64,000 nt of DNA from Squalus acanthias (Eukaryota), in NCBI GenBank assembly GCA_030390025.1, contig CM059443.1, positions 50,468,001-50,532,000 of the forward strand, read 5' to 3'. A program made the position numbers and the translations under genes. Positions 11,367-25,500 of the stretch are shown piece after piece; position 1 is the stretch's first letter; each line of letters begins with the position of its first letter. Below the pieces are notes generated by a model. The model saw only the letters and a program-made list of their open reading frames with translations. It ran no database searches and was not told where the DNA came from.

Positions 11367-11374
11367 CTTCCTGT
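11367..11374 (-). promoter_or_regulatory. Candidate ETS-family site ACAGGAAG upstream of exon 1 (also 36399-36406 for gene B)
   Basis: About 120 nt upstream of the ATG, followed by a pyrimidine-rich tract that could be an initiator region or the acceptor after an unseen 5' UTR exon. The motif is short and could be chance. Confidence 0.3.
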
Positions 11375-11746
11375 TTGATCAACTCAGATGATATGTGTGC
11401 ACTGACATTGTATTAATGGGCCTGGGGACAGAGTTTGGGCTGTTCGTTCAACCCTCCGAACACAGAAGTGTCTGGAGAGGTGAGAGGCTCTGAAATACAA
11501 AGTGTACACTATGAGTGTGCCACTGTGCACCACAGTGATAGTGGGCAACACACTCGGCAGACATGTTAACAGCCCTCTGTTACGATGTAGATAATAACCG
11601 TCTGGAGCACAAGAGCTTTTAGTCAACAGTAACATTGGGTCACTCCCACTCTCGGAGAGGATTAACATGGGGGACAGTTTGGATGTTGGGTTGCAAGATC
11701 ACAACATCAATACAGATGAGAGCGTTAGCTCCTTCCCTATCATGCT

Positions 11747-14443
11747 ATAGAATGGTTACAGCACAGAAGGAGGCCATTTGGCCTGTCGAGTCGTGCCGGG
11801 TCTCTGCAAGAGCACTTCAGCTAGTCCCACTCCCCCGCCCTTGCCCCGTGGCCCTGCAAATGTTTTCCTTCAGGTACCTATCCAATTCCTTTTTGAAAGC
11901 CACGATTGAGTCTGCCTCCACCATCCTTTCAGGCAGTACATTCCAGATCCTAACCACTCCCTGCGTAAAAAAGTTTTTCCTCATGTCGCGTTTGGTTCTT
12001 CTGCCAATCACCTTAAATCTGTGTCCTCTGGTTCTCGACCCTTCCACCAATGGGAACAGTTTCTCTCTATCTACTCTGTCCAGACCCCTCATGATTTTGA
12101 ATACCTCTATCAAATCTCCTCTCAACCTTCTCTGTTCTAAGGAGAACAACCCCAGCTTCTCCAGTCTATCCACATAACTGAAGCCCCTCATCCTGGAACC
12201 ATTCTCATGAATCTTTTCTGCACCCTCTCTAAGGTCTTCCTAAAGTGCGGTGCCCAGAATTGGACACAATACTCCAGTTGAGGCCGAACCAATGTTTTAT
12301 AAAGGTTCATCATAACTTCCTTGCTTTTGTACTCTATGCCTCTATTTATAAAGCCTGTAAGCTTTTTTAACCACTTTCTCAACCTGCCCTGCCATCTTCA
12401 ACGATTTGTGCACATATACCCCCAGGTCTCTCTGTTCATGCACGCCCTTTAGGATTGTACCCTTTAGTTTATATTGCCTCTCCTCGTTCTTCCTACAAAA
12501 ATATATCACTTCGCACTTTTCTGCGTTAAATTTCATCTGCCACGTGTCCACCTATTTCACCAGCCTATCTATGCATTTTTGAAGTCTTATCCCTATCCTC
12601 CTCACTGTTCACTATACTTCCAAGTTTTGTGCAAATTTGAAATTGTGCCCTGTACACCCATGTCCAAGTCATTAATATATATCAAGAAAAGCAGAGGTGC
12701 TAGTACTGACCCCTGGGGAACACCACTGTATATCTTCCTCTCATCCGAAAAACAACCGTTCACCACTACTCTCTGTTTCCTGTCACTTAGCCAATTTTGT
12801 ATCCATGCTGCCACTGTCCCTTTTATTCCATGAGCTTCAACTTTGCTGGCAAGCCTATTATGTGGCACTTTATCAAACTCCTTTTGGACGTCTATGTTCA
12901 CCACGTCAACCGCATTGCCCTCATCAACCCTTTCTGTTACCTCATCAAAAAACTCGATTAAGTTAGTTAAACATGATTTGCCTTTAACAAATCCATGCTG
13001 CCTTTCCTTAATTACTCCACACTTGTCCAAGTGACTGTTAATTTTGTCCCTGATTATCGTTTCTAAAAGCTTCCCTACTACTGAGGTTAAACTGACTGGC
13101 CTGTAGTTGCTGGGTTTATCCTTACACCCTTTTTTGAACAAGGGTGTAACATTTGTAATTCTCCAGTCCTCTGGCACCACTCCTGTATCGAAGGAGGATT
13201 GGAAGATTATGGCCAGTACCTCCGCAATTTCCACCTTAACTTCCCTCAGCATCCTAGGATGCATCCCATCTGCTCCTGGTGACTTATCTACTTTAAATAC
13301 AGCCAACCTTTCTAGTACCTCTTCTTTATCAATCTTTATCCCATCCAGTATCTCCACGACCTCCTCTTTCACTATGACTTTGGCAGCATCTTCTTCCTTG
13401 GTGAAGACAGATGCAAAGTACTCGATCAGTACCTCAGCCCTTTTATGAGCCAGGTCTGCAGTATCGCCATGACATCATATTCCCATGTGGCTATTTGCTC
13501 CTGCAGCTCCCCAACCTTATTCACCAGGCTTCGTGCATTTACACACATGCACTGTAAACCTCTCTTAGACCTCCTTATATTCTCTCTTAGTCTGACACCA
13601 CCTAATACCTTACTATTTCTTATCTAGTGCTACCTGTCTCTCCCAACCCTTTGTGCACTTTGTTTCTCCCTTCGAATGGAACATCCTGGTTCCCATCCCC
13701 CTGCAAAATTAGTTCAAACCCTCCCCAACAGCACTAGCAACCTCTCCGCCCCACCCCGCGAGGATATTGGTCTCGGCTCTTTTCAGGTGCAACCCATCTG
13801 GCCTGTACAGGTCCCACCTCCCCCAGAACCAATCCCAATGTCCCATGAATCTAAAGCCCTCCCTCCCACACCATTTCTCCAGCCACGCATTCATCTGCTC
13901 TATTCTCCTATTTCTATACTCAGTAGCTCGTGGCACCGGGAGTAAGCCGGAGATTACTACCTTTGAGGTCCTGCTTTGTAATCTCTTTCCTAGCTCCCTA
14001 AAATCTGCCTGCAAGGCCTCATCCCTCTTTCTACCTATGTCGTTGATACCGATATGCACCACGACCTCTGGCTGCTCCCCCTCCCCCCTCAGAATGTTCT
14101 GCAGCCACTCAGTGACACCCTTGACCCTGGCACCAGGGAGGCAACATACCATCCTGGAACCACATCTGCAGGCGCAGAAACGCCAAGCCGTTCCCCCAAC
14201 TATCGAATCCCCTGCCACTATTGCCTCTGTACAGCTGAGCCACCCGTGGTGCCGTGGACTTGGCTCTGGCTGTACTCCCCAGAGGAACTACTGCCCTCAC
14301 CAGTATACCAGTTAGAGAGTGAGATGCACTCAGGGGACTCCTGCACTACCTGCCTGGTCCTCCTTGTCTGTCTGACGGTCACCCATTCCCTCTCTCCCAG
14401 CACACTCCTATGCTGCGGCATGACCACCTTCTGAAATGTGCTA
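11747..14443 (-). mobile_element. CR1 with ORF1 esterase and internally deleted ORF2
   Basis: GDS/VHIGIND/DGLH SGNH motifs (13709-14218) and RT fragments. Confidence 0.9.
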
Positions 14444-14744
14444 TCTTTCCAGGTCTGCGCTGTCCTCAGGCTCCGCTCTGTTTAAGTACTGTCGCCGGTC
14501 CTGCCGCTTATTTCCAGCATCTAACTGGGTCTTGAATAAATCGAAGGTCTCCCTCCCAACTTCCTTACCAGCAACAACAGTCTAAGTGGTGGTCAGTCTT
14601 TGTGTGAAGACATTCTTCACAACGTCTGTGTTCAAATTGATTTTCAACAGTTTTAGCTCAAAAACCTTGTTCTGGTATCTTGACTTACCGTCAAGTAGAG
14701 TCTGGATTGCTGGATCCACAGTGTTCCATACTTTTTAAACTCAT

Positions 14745-15705
14745 TTTTCAGTATGTGGGCATCAAGGGCAATTGCAGAATTTATTGCCCATCCCTAGTTG
14801 CCCTTGAGATGGTGATAGGCCCTCTCCTTGAACTGCTGCTGTCAGTGTCGTGAGGTTGCTCCCACAGTGTTGTTAGTTCAGGAGTTCCAAGATTTTGACC
14901 CAGCGACAATGAAGGAACTGCCTATTTATGTCCAAGTCAGGATCGTGTGTGACTTGCAGGGGAACTTGGAGGTGGTGGTGTGTCATGCACCTGCTGCCCT
15001 TGTCCTTCTTAAGTGGGGGAGGTTGCGGGTTTGGGAGGTGTTGTTGAGGAAGCCTTGGTGAGTTGCTGCAGTGCAACTTGTAGATGGTGCACACTGTAGC
15101 CACGTTGTGCCGATGGTGGGGGGACTGAATGTTTAAGGTGGTGGATGGGATGCCAATTAAGCAGGTTGCTTTGTCTTGGATGGTGTCGAGCTTCTTGAGT
15201 GTTGTTGCAGCTGCACTCATCCAGGCAAGTGGAGAGTATTCCATCACACTCCTGACTTGTGCCTTGTAGGTGGTGGAGAGACTTTGGGGAGTCAGGAGGT
15301 GAAACACTCGCCGCAGAATATGACCTGCTCTAGTAGCCAGGGATTATATGTGGCTGTTCCAGCTATGCTTCTGGACAATTGTGACCCCCCAGGATGTTGA
15401 TGGTCGGCGATTCAGGGATGTTAATGCATTTGAATGTCAAGGAGAGATTGTTACGCTCTCTCTTGTTGGAGATGGTCATTGTCTGGCACATAGGTGGTGC
15501 AAATGTTACTTGCCAGTTATCAGCCCAGGCCTGGATGTTGTCCAGATCTTGCTGCATGCGGACATTGACTGGTTCATTATCTGAGGAATTATGAAAGGAG
15601 TTGAACACTGAAAACATCAGCAAACATCCCCACTTCTGACATGATGATGGAGGGAAGGTCAATGATGAAGAAGCTGAAGATCGTTGGGCCTAGGAGTACC
15701 TGAAG
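14745..15705 (-). mobile_element. Old CR1/L2-group LINE RT remnant (duplicate ~39785-40740)
   Basis: MQQDLDNIQAWADNWQ and IQDKATCLIG motifs. Confidence 0.75.
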
Positions 15706-15719
15706 TGATGACCCCTGGG

Positions 15720-18700
15720 ACATAGAAAGATTGAAGATAGGAGCAGGAGTAGGCCATTCGGCCCCTCCAGCCTGCTCCGCCATTCAATGTGATCATGGCT
15801 GATCATCCAAATTCAGAACCCTGTCCCTGCTTTCTCCCAATATCCCTTGATCCCTTTAGCCTTAAGAAATATATCCAACTCCTTCTTGAATATATTTAAT
15901 GAATTGGCCTCTACTGCCTTCTGTGGTAGAGAATTCCACAGGTTCACCACTCTCTGAGTGAAGAAATTCCTCCTCATTTCTGTCCTAAATGGCCTACCTC
16001 TTATCCTTAGACTGTGAACATTGGTTCTGGACTCCCCGACCATCGGGAACATCCTTCCTGCATCTAGTCTGTCCAGTCCTTTCAGAATTTTATAAGTTTC
16101 AATGAGATCCCCTCTCATTCTTCTAAACTCCAGCGAGTATAAGCCCAATCGACCCAATCTCTCCTCATACGTCATTCATGCCATCCCAGGTATCACCCTG
16201 GTGAATCTTCGCTGAACTCCTTCCATGGCAAGAACCTCCTTCCTCAGATAAGGTGACCAAAACTGCACACAATACTCAAGATGTGGTCTCACCAAGGCCC
16301 TGTACAACTGCAGCAAGACATCCTTGTTCCTGTACTCAAACCCTCTCTCTACCATTTGCCTTCTTAACCTCCTGCTGCACCTGCATGCTTACCTTCAGCG
16401 ACTGGTGCACAAGGACACCCAGGTCTCATTGCACTTCCCCTTCTCCCAATCTATTGCTATTCAGATAATAATCTGCCTTCCTGTTTTTGACACCAAAGTG
16501 GATAACCTCACATTTATCCACGTTATATTGCATCTGCCACGCTTCTGCCCAATCACCCAACCTGTCCAAATCATCCTGGAGTTTCTCGGCATCCTCCTCA
16601 CAGCACACACGCCCACCCAGCTTTGTGTCATCTGCAAACTTGGAGATATTACATCTAGTTCCCTTGTCTAGATCATTAATATATATTGTGAACAGCTGGG
16701 GTCCAAGGACCGATCCCTGCGGTACCCCACTAGTCACTGCCTGCCACTCGGAAAAAGACCCGTTTATTCCAACTCTTTGCTTTCTGTCTGCCAACCAGTT
16801 CTCTATCCAAGTCAATACCTTGCCCCCAATCCCATGTGCCTTAACTTTACACGCTAATCTCTTATGCGGGACCTTATACAAAGCCTTTTGAAAGTCCAAA
16901 TACACCACATCCACTGGTTCTCCCTTATCTATTTTACCAGTTACATCCTCAAAAAATTCTAGTAGATTAGTCAAGCACGATTTACCTTTTGTAAATCCAT
17001 GCTGACTTTGTCCGATCCTGTCATTGTTTTCCAAGTGCTCTGCTATTACATCTTTTTTAATGGACTCTAGCATTTTCCCCACTACCGATGTCAGGCTTAC
17101 CGGTCTGTAATTCCCCGTTTTCTCTCTACCACCTTTTTTGAATAGTCGGGTAACATTAGCTACCCTCCAATCCATGGGTATTGTTCCAGATTCCATCGAA
17201 TGTTGGAAGATGATCAGCAATGCATCTACTATTTCTAGGGCCACTGCCTTAACTACCCTAGGATGTAGATTATCAGGCCCTGGGGATTTATCGGCCTTCA
17301 ATCCCTTCAATTTCCCTAACACCATTTCCCTACAAATACTGATTTCTTTCAGTTCCTCCCTTTCATCAGACCCTATGTTCCCCAACATCTCTGGGAGGTT
17401 ATTTGTGTCCTCCTTTGTGAAGACAGAACCAAAATATGTATTTAATTGGTCTGACATTTCTTTGTTCCTCATTATAAGTTCCCCTGATTCTGACTGCAAG
17501 GGACCTACGCTTGACTTCACCAATCTTTTTCTCTTCACATATCTATAAAAGCTTTTACAGTCAGTTTTTATGTTCCCTGCAAGCTTACTCTCGTATTCTA
17601 TTTTCCCCTTCTTAATTAATCCCTTTGTCCTCCTTTGTTGAATCCTAAACTGCTCCCAATCCTCAGGTTTACTGCTTTTTCTGGCCAATTTATATGCCCT
17701 CTCCTTGGATCTTATGCTATCCTTAATTTCCCTTGTTAGCCACGGTTGAGTCACCCTTTTTGTTTTATTCTTATGCCAAACTGGGATGAATTCTGTAGTT
17801 CATCCATGCGGTCTTTGAATGTTTGCCATTGCCTATCCACCGTCAACCCTTTGAGTGACATTCCCCAATCAATCCTACCCAACTCGCGCCTCATACCATC
17901 GTAGTTTCCTTTATTTAAATTCTGGACCCTAGTATCTGAGTCAACTACTTCACTCTCCATCTTAATGAAGAATTCTATCATATTATGATCGCTCCGAACC
18001 AAGGGGCCTCATACAACAAGATTGCTAATTAATCCTTTCTCATTACATAATACCCAGTCTAAGATGGCCTGCTCTCTGGTTGGTTGCTCGAGATATTGGT
18101 CCAGGAAACCATCCCGTAAACACTCTAGGAATTCCTCCTCCACAGTATTGTTACTAATTTGGTTAGCCCAATCTATATGTAGATTAAAGTCACCCATGAT
18201 GACTGCTGTGCCCTTATTGCACGCTTCTCTAATTTCCCTTTTAATGCCATCCCCAACCTCCGCATTACTGTTTGGAGGTCTATATATCACTCCCACTAAT
18301 GTTTTCTGCCCCTTGGTATTTCTCAGCTCTACCCATACAGATTCCACATCATCAGAGCTAATATCCTTCCTTACTATTGTGTTAATCCCCTCTTTAACCA
18401 GCAATGCTATGCCACCTCCCTTTCCTTTTTGCCTATCTTTCCTGAATATTGAATACCCCTGGATGTTGAGTTCCCAGCCTTGGCCACCCTGGAGCCATGT
18501 TTCCGTAATCCCAATCAAATCATATTCGTTTACCTCTATTTGCGCAGCTAATTCATCCACCTTATTCCGAATGCTCCGTGCATTAAGACACAAAGCCTTA
18601 AGGCTGGTTTTTTTAATGCTCTTAGACCTAATAGAATTATTATTTACTGTGGCCATGTTTGATTTAAACCGTTGATTTCTCTGACTGCCACTTTTGTTTT

Positions 18701-19340
18701 TCTCCTTCCTATCTTTTGCTTTTATCCTTGTTTCCCTTTCCTCTGTCTCCCTGCTCAGGTTCCCAACCCCCTGCCATTTTAGTTTAAACCCTCCCCCAGA
18801 GCACTAGCAAACACTCCCCCTAGGACATCAGTCCCGGCCCTGCCCAGGTGCAAACCGTCCGGTTTTTACTGGTCCCACCTCCCCCAGAACCGGTTCCAAT
18901 GTCCCAGGAATTTGAATCCCTCCCCCTTGCACCATTCCTCTCGCCACGTATTCATCTGAAATATCCTTCTATTTCTGTTCTGACTACCTTTGAGGTCCTA
19001 TTTTTTAATGTACCTCCTAACTCCGTATATTCTGCTTTTAGGACCTCATCCCCTTTTTTACCTATATTGTTGGAACCTATATGCACCACGACAACTGGCT
19101 GTTCACCCTCCCCTTCCAAAATGTTCTGCAGCCGCTCTGAGACATCCTTGACCCTTGCACCAGGGAGGCAACACACCATCCTGGAATCTCGTTTGCGGCC
19201 GCAGAAATGCCTATCTATTCCCCTTACAATAGAATCCCCTATCACTATAGCTCTACCCTTCTTTTTCCTCCCGTCCTGTGCAGCAGGGCCACCCCTGGTG
19301 CCAGGAAGTTGGCTGCTGTTGCCTTCCTCTGATAAGCTCT
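15720..19340 (-). mobile_element. CR1, 5'-truncated in ORF1, disrupted ORF2 (APE endonuclease and RT)
   Basis: LNARS, ITETWL, MGDFN, FADD motifs with stops and frameshifts. Confidence 0.92.
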
Positions 19341-20704
19341 GAGGTCATTGGCCTCAAAAAACCACAACCATCTTCCTTTGTGCCTTAAAATCCACTCCTT
19401 TGATCAAACTTTTGGTCACCCCTTCTATTATCTCCTTCTTTAGCTCAGACTCCAATTTTTCCTAACACCTCTCTATGGGGACATGTTGGGAACAGTTCAG
19501 TTTTTCCACCAGTTTCTCTTTGTCATCTTTTGTCTTGGGAAGTTTGAACCAGAGGAACAAATGAAAAAGAGGAAGTCCCCTGAATGTGATAAATATATAT
19601 CTAACTCGAGGTTTATTAGTTGCAGTTCTTCCACCCAAAGAAAAGGTCCCACCAGCCTAGAAATATCTGAGAACTGTTACTGCAGATCACACAGTATAAA
19701 TGCATCAAATTATTAACCAGCAGGAAATCTCAAAGACTGAATCCATTCGTATATCCGGCTGAATCTCACACCCACTTCGACACCAATAAGCTGTAAATAG
19801 CCAAGCCTTTTACACTTGCATCATTGCCCATCATCAGTTCGAATTTCACAATCATCGCACACTTCCTGCCACTTTATATGGAGGAGGCTTTAGTACTGAG
19901 TTCATTAGGATTCATTTCACTTCAGTACTTGTATGTGTGGTGTTCATATTGTAAATAACACCCATTGTTCCAGAATTAGGTGCTGAAGTCAAGGGCTGGA
20001 CAATGAGCCAAATGCCAGGGTTATGAGGGTAAATTCACTGACTCTATCCCCTCCCCGCACCCCACCAGCAGTGAGCTCTGCTTGAAGGAGACACAATTTA
20101 TCAGAGGGCCACAGTGCTAACCCCTGACCCCTGTTTGAGCATGGCTGCCCACAAGGAGTGTGGGATTGGTGAATCTAGCGTGAAAGTCCTTTTATCTTAC
20201 TGAGCCATGCATTAAACATTTCCAACATTAAAATATAAACTTCTAATTTCAATGTAGTTACACTGTTTTATGCTTTGCAAAATACTATTCAGAGATCGGC
20301 TGGGGGCAGACAATTTGTACCAAACTTTCCCTTACACAATCGTGAATTTCCACCTCAGCGTCCTCATAAATTGGGTTCCGCGTCCCCCTCCGCCCCCTCT
20401 CCACAGCCCATTGCCCCCTCTCCACAGCCCACTCCCCCCACTCCCCACTCCCTCCTCCCACTTCCTCTGATTGCAGTGTCCTCACTGAGAGCAGTTCATT
20501 CATTCAATTGGTTTGGCATAAAATTCCTGCTGGACAGATAACACAGCTCGTCGTTTAGTTATAATTTTTAAAGTGTTTATTGAATGACTTTCAAACGCAC
20601 AAGCTCCATTTTGTGTCTCACACAGCAGCGATGCGTTATTCTATCTAAACAGAGTCCAAGGGGGTGAAATTGCTCTTCGCCAGTAGCGTGAAATTCATTC
20701 CGAA

Positions 20705-20903
20705 TCGATATTGGCCAGGACACCGGGGAGAACTCCCCTGCTCTTCTTCGAAATAGTGCAACGGGATCTTTTACATCACCTGAGAGAGCAGACGGGTCTC
20801 AGTTTAACGTCTCATCCGAAAGACGTCACCTCTGACAGTGCAGCACTCCCTCAGTACTGTACTGGAGTGTCAGCCTGGATGATGTGCTCAGGTCTCTGGA
20901 GTG
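20705..20903 (-). mobile_element. Deu-domain SINE fragment (SacSINE1/AmnSINE-like); duplicate ~45716-46163
   Basis: Reverse complement reads gagggagtgctgcactgtcagaggtgacgtctttcggatgagacgttaaac, which I recognise from memory as the DeuSINE core. Confidence 0.65.
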
Positions 20904-22255
20904 CCATTCAAATTTCTGCATATGCATTCTCAGCTTGTCTGAGATTCCACAGCGCGAGCGTGAATCCGTAACATCATCTCTACATGCTCCCACGTTTAGC
21001 ATGGCTCCCTGTATTCTGCTCCAACAGCGACACCAGCGTGATTTTCTGTTTCCCACACCAGCCGTCGCTACAGCTTCCCCATCCACCCCACCCCCGCCCG
21101 ACTCACACTGGGAATTTAGGGCTGTGCTGTGAGACCATGTGTGAGAACTGGGCTGGGCTGGACTGGGCAAAAACACATTTCGCGTCGCTATGCTGCAAGC
21201 AGTGGAGAGAGGAGACTGTCATCCAGGCATTCTGGACTGCATTCAAAGCCAGATGCCAGAAAGAAAAAGTGAAAGGGTATCGTGCTAAAACTGGCGCCAG
21301 CTTAGCACGGACTGGCACTCTGACCCAGAGAGGTCACAAGGTCAGGTGGTGTGGGAAAAGTTGTCTCTGCATCAAACCCGTGCTGTACCAGACCTGGGCC
21401 TGCTCGACACTGACACTGGGGCCTAGAAATCGGCTCCGGGTGCAGCACACACCGCACACACCCAATGGGGCCGGCGGCAGGAACACGGCACATTGGACCC
21501 CCGGCCTCATTAGTTTATCAGTAGCGAGCTGCAGGCTCCAATCACGGCCCCAGAGGCAGCTCACAGGAGGAGGGAGCATGATTGGCCGACTGGGACCTGA
21601 GCTGATTCCGGGATGGGGGGGGGACAGAGGGATGAGGCAAATGGGAGGGGGGCACGCGAGCGGTGTCTGGTAGTGGCTGACGGTTTTAATGTGGGGCCGG
21701 GAGGAGCACGCCTGCTTCCTCCTGATTCACATTCAGGTAAGGATTTGTTTTAAAACTTACTCTTTTGGTGGCGGCCTCCAGCGGTCTCTTTAAGGACCCC
21801 TGGTTAGGCCTGGTGAGGCCGCGTGGAGACCTGGTCACCCTGAATTCAGCAGGCCCAAGGCCAGCAGCGTTCAGGAAAAGCCAGTCTCCGGCTTGGGTCC
21901 TAGAACAAGCGGTAGGCCCCTCATTAGCATATTCAAGGTGCCTAACGCCTATTTCAGGCGATCGCCAGGGACGCCTCTACAGTGCCCGAACCAATAAGGC
22001 GTCAGACGTGTTTCCGATGCTATTCGGGCATGGAGGGTTGGCCCCCTAAATTGGACATCTTTTGCACCCATTATCCACCCAGAAAAACGGTGCAACGATG
22101 TCCAATTAACCCCCACCCCGGGTGTCTGCAGTGGGAAAGTGTTCAATACCCAGTGCTGACCATGATGAGTGTAAAATATATGTATTTTTTAAATCTTGTA
22201 CCACTATGAGTTTCAACAAGTCATCCGTTGCCTTTCTCCTGTTACTCAATTGTGC

Positions 22256-22506
22256 TCAGGGTTCCTCCATTTTAGCATAAATAGGATTTTCTTCCATTTT
22301 TAACGGGCCAGGTCGTGGATCATCTTCCTCCAGCTGGGACTGTGTCACCGCGTCTACCGGGCAGCCTATCAAAGAATAAATCTGCTCATTGGACAAAGCA
22401 ACGGGATCCTCCTTACTGTCCTCTTTGGGCTGTGATTGGCCGTCTGGTTTGAGTTCAGTCGCTGAAGAGGTTTCAACCTGCCGTCCATGGTCCGTGTGGT
22501 CTCTGC
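22256..22506 (-). CDS. Gene B terminal exon with EQIYSLI and EENPIYAKM motifs
   Basis: 251 nt, phase-1 acceptor, open to TGA; conserved in copy C with 3 aa changes. Confidence 0.8.
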
Positions 22507-25500
22507 CTAGATATTAAGAGAGGAGATCACGTTTGATGGGTTCACTTCCAGTGGGGGACAGATAATGAAAGCGGACTGTCTCATTACTTGAGATAAAGGT
22601 CCAGGAGCTTTAGAACAGACACAGTGTTGACTGAGAGGATTATACTGAAAGATTGCAACGACTTACATTTTACTCCCTGGTTTTCAGTTTTGCCTCCATC
22701 ACGAGGAAAACAGAAAATTAAACATGTGACTAATGAGTAACATAAGATTCAAACAATATTAAATCGTTGTAAGTGGAGACTAGGTGAGGTCACTTTCTCC
22801 CCAGAGCCTGGATTTCAGTCCAGCCCAGACTGAAATTCTCTCATTAATTTTCTCTCTCTCTGTCTATCTCCCTCTGACTGTCTCTGATTGTCTCTCCGAC
22901 TCTCTTTCTCTCTTTCTCTTTCTTTGTCTCTCTCTCTCACTGCCTCTCTCTGCCTGTCTCTCTCTCTGTCTGTCTATCTCACTGTCTCTCTCGCTGTCTC
23001 TGTCTCTCTCCATTCTCTCTGTCTCTCTGTCTGTGTCTTTTCCCTGTCTCTATGTCTGTCTCTCTTCCTGTCTCCCTGTCTCTCTCTGTCTGTCTATCTC
23101 ACTTCTCTTTCGCTGTCTCCCTGTCTCTCTTCATCTCTCTGCCTCTTTGTGTCTGTCATTCCCTCCCTGTCTCGATGTCTGTCTCACTATGTCTCTGTCC
23201 CTGATCCTCTGTCCCTGTCTCTCTCTCTCTCTCTGTGTCACTCTCTGTCTGCGNNNNNNNNNNNNNNNNNNNNNNNNNNNNNNNNNNNNNNNNNNNNNNN
23301 NNNNNNNNNNNNNNNNNNNNNNNNNNNNNNNNNNNNNNNNNNNNNNNNNNNNNNNNNNNNNNNNNNNNNNNNNNNNNNNNNNNNNNNNNNNNNNNNNNNN
23401 NNNNNNNNNNNNNNNNNNNNNNNNNNNNNNNNTGTGTGAGCAGTCCTCTCTGCAATGAGTTTTCACAGTTCCAATCCAGTTCCTTGCCTAAAACTGCGCA
23501 TCATTCAGTAAAATATTTGGACTAAATTGATCATTATGGTCAGATAAGCCAAATATTGCCCTGAGAAAGTTTAATAAAAATAACTTCACACGGGCACAGT
23601 GAAAGGAGCTATTCTGATGTTGGGATAAAGGAGCACTATCAGGTCAGAGGTCAGAGTGCTTTACACGGCCTCTAGCCATTCTATACCTGACTTAGAACTG
23701 TTCGGCTGTGAGATTGGCTGCACAGCCTGGAAATGTTTTATGCTGGGTGGTGGAATAGATTAGTACAGCCCTTTAATATTTTAGGATCTGCCAAGTCCAG
23801 ATTACTAGGAATAAAAGTCCTCTTTCTATATCTCCCTGGTCTCTATCTCTGTCTGTCTCTGTCGCAGTCTCTGTCTGTCTCTGTCTCTTTGTCTTTTTCT
23901 GTCTCTTTCTCTCTAAGGGTCCTTGATGAAATGAATTTGGTCATCTCGATCCAGTTTGTAGTTCGTGTGAGCCACAGTACAAAACTACCCCTAAGTTGGC
24001 ACTTTCACTCAAACAGGCCATGAAGTGTGAGAAATGAAATGTCCGAGCTCCCTCCTTAGTTTGGAGTTGAGGAGCATTGTTGGGACAGTCCAGAGGGAGC
24101 TTTATGCTGCACCTAATCTGGAGTGCTCCAAATGTGACTGTGTGGCCACAGTGGAAAAGTAACCCATTTGCCAGCATGGGCTCCCCTCACCTTCATTACA
24201 GTAACAATCTCCGAACCCTCCATCCCAAAACAAACCCGTGGTCAGTGTTGAACGTTGCCGGGGCCGACAGCTGTCACTCTGCTTACCCTTTGACCATTGA
24301 CTCTTCGATCATAGAATCATAGAAGATAGGAGCAGGAGTAGGCCATTCGGCCCCTCTTAGCCTGCTCCGCCATTCAATGCGATCATGGCTGATCATCCAA
24401 ATTCAGTACCCTGTCCCTGCTTTCTCCCCATATCCCTTGATCCCTTTAGCCTTAAGAAATATATCCAACTCCTTCTTGAATCTATTTAATGAATTGGCCT
24501 CTACTGCCTTCTGTGGCAGAGAATTCCACAGGTTCACCACTCTCTGGGTGAAGAAATTCCTCCTCATTTCTGTCCTAAATGGCTTACCTCTTATCCTTAG
24601 ACTGTGACCCCTGGTTCTGGACTCCCCGACCATCGGGAACATCCTTCCTGCATCTAGTTTATCCTGTCCTGTCAGAATTTTATAAGTTTCAATGAGATCC
24701 CCTCTCATTCTTCTAAACTCCAGCGAGTATAGAAACATAGAAACATAGAAAATAGGTACAGGAGTAGACCATTCGGTCCTTCGAGCCTGCACCGCCATTC
24801 AATGCGTTCATGGCTGAACATGCTACCTCAGTACCCCATTCCTGCTTTCTCGCCATACCCCTTGATCCCCCTAGTTGTGAGTGTTATATCTAACTCCCTT
24901 TTGAATATATTTAGCGAACTGGCCTCAACAACCTTCTGTGGAAGAGAATTCCATAGATTCACCACTCTCTGGGTGAAGAAGTTCCTCCTCAGCTCAGTCC
25001 TAAATGGCTTCCCCTTAATCCTTAGACTGTGACCCCTGGTTCTAGTTTTCCCTACCATTGGGAACATTCTGCCCGCATCTAATTTGTCTAAACCAGTCAG
25101 GATTTTAAATGTCTCTATAAGATCCCCCCTCATTCTTCTGAACTCCAGAGGATACAAGTTCAGTTGACCCAATCTTTCTTGATATGTCAGTCCGGCCATC
25201 CCAGGAATCAATCTAGTGAACCTTCGCTGCACTCCCTCAATAGCAAGAATGTCCTTCCTTAAGTTAGGAGACCAAAACTGCGCACAATACTCCAGGTGTG
25301 GCCTCACCAAGGCCCTGTACAACTGTAGTATCACCTCCCTACTCCTGTACTCAAATCCCCTTGCTATGAAGGCCATCATTCCGTTTGCTTTCTTGACTGC
25401 CTGCTGCACTTGCATTCCCACCTTCAGTGACTGATGTACCATGACGCCCAGGTCTCGTTGCTCGTCCCCTTTCCCTAATCTGCCACCATTCAGGTAATAG

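Noticed and set aside
11521-11537. Back-to-back CACTGTG-cac-CACAGTG resembling a V(D)J signal joint
   Set aside because: No nonamer at 12 or 23 bp on either side; it is part of a local imperfect palindrome.
16324-19342. Numerous plus-strand ORFs of 60-220 aa overlapping CR1 elements throughout the window
   Set aside because: Antisense shadows of CR1 ORF1/ORF2 with no independent coding signal.
20984-21673. 229-aa plus-strand ORF
   Set aside because: GC-rich region, no recognisable domain, and the frame is broken in the duplicate (46117-46763).
22784-23525. Leu/Ser/Cys-rich ORFs (also 48136-48649)
   Set aside because: CT microsatellite and N gap artefacts.
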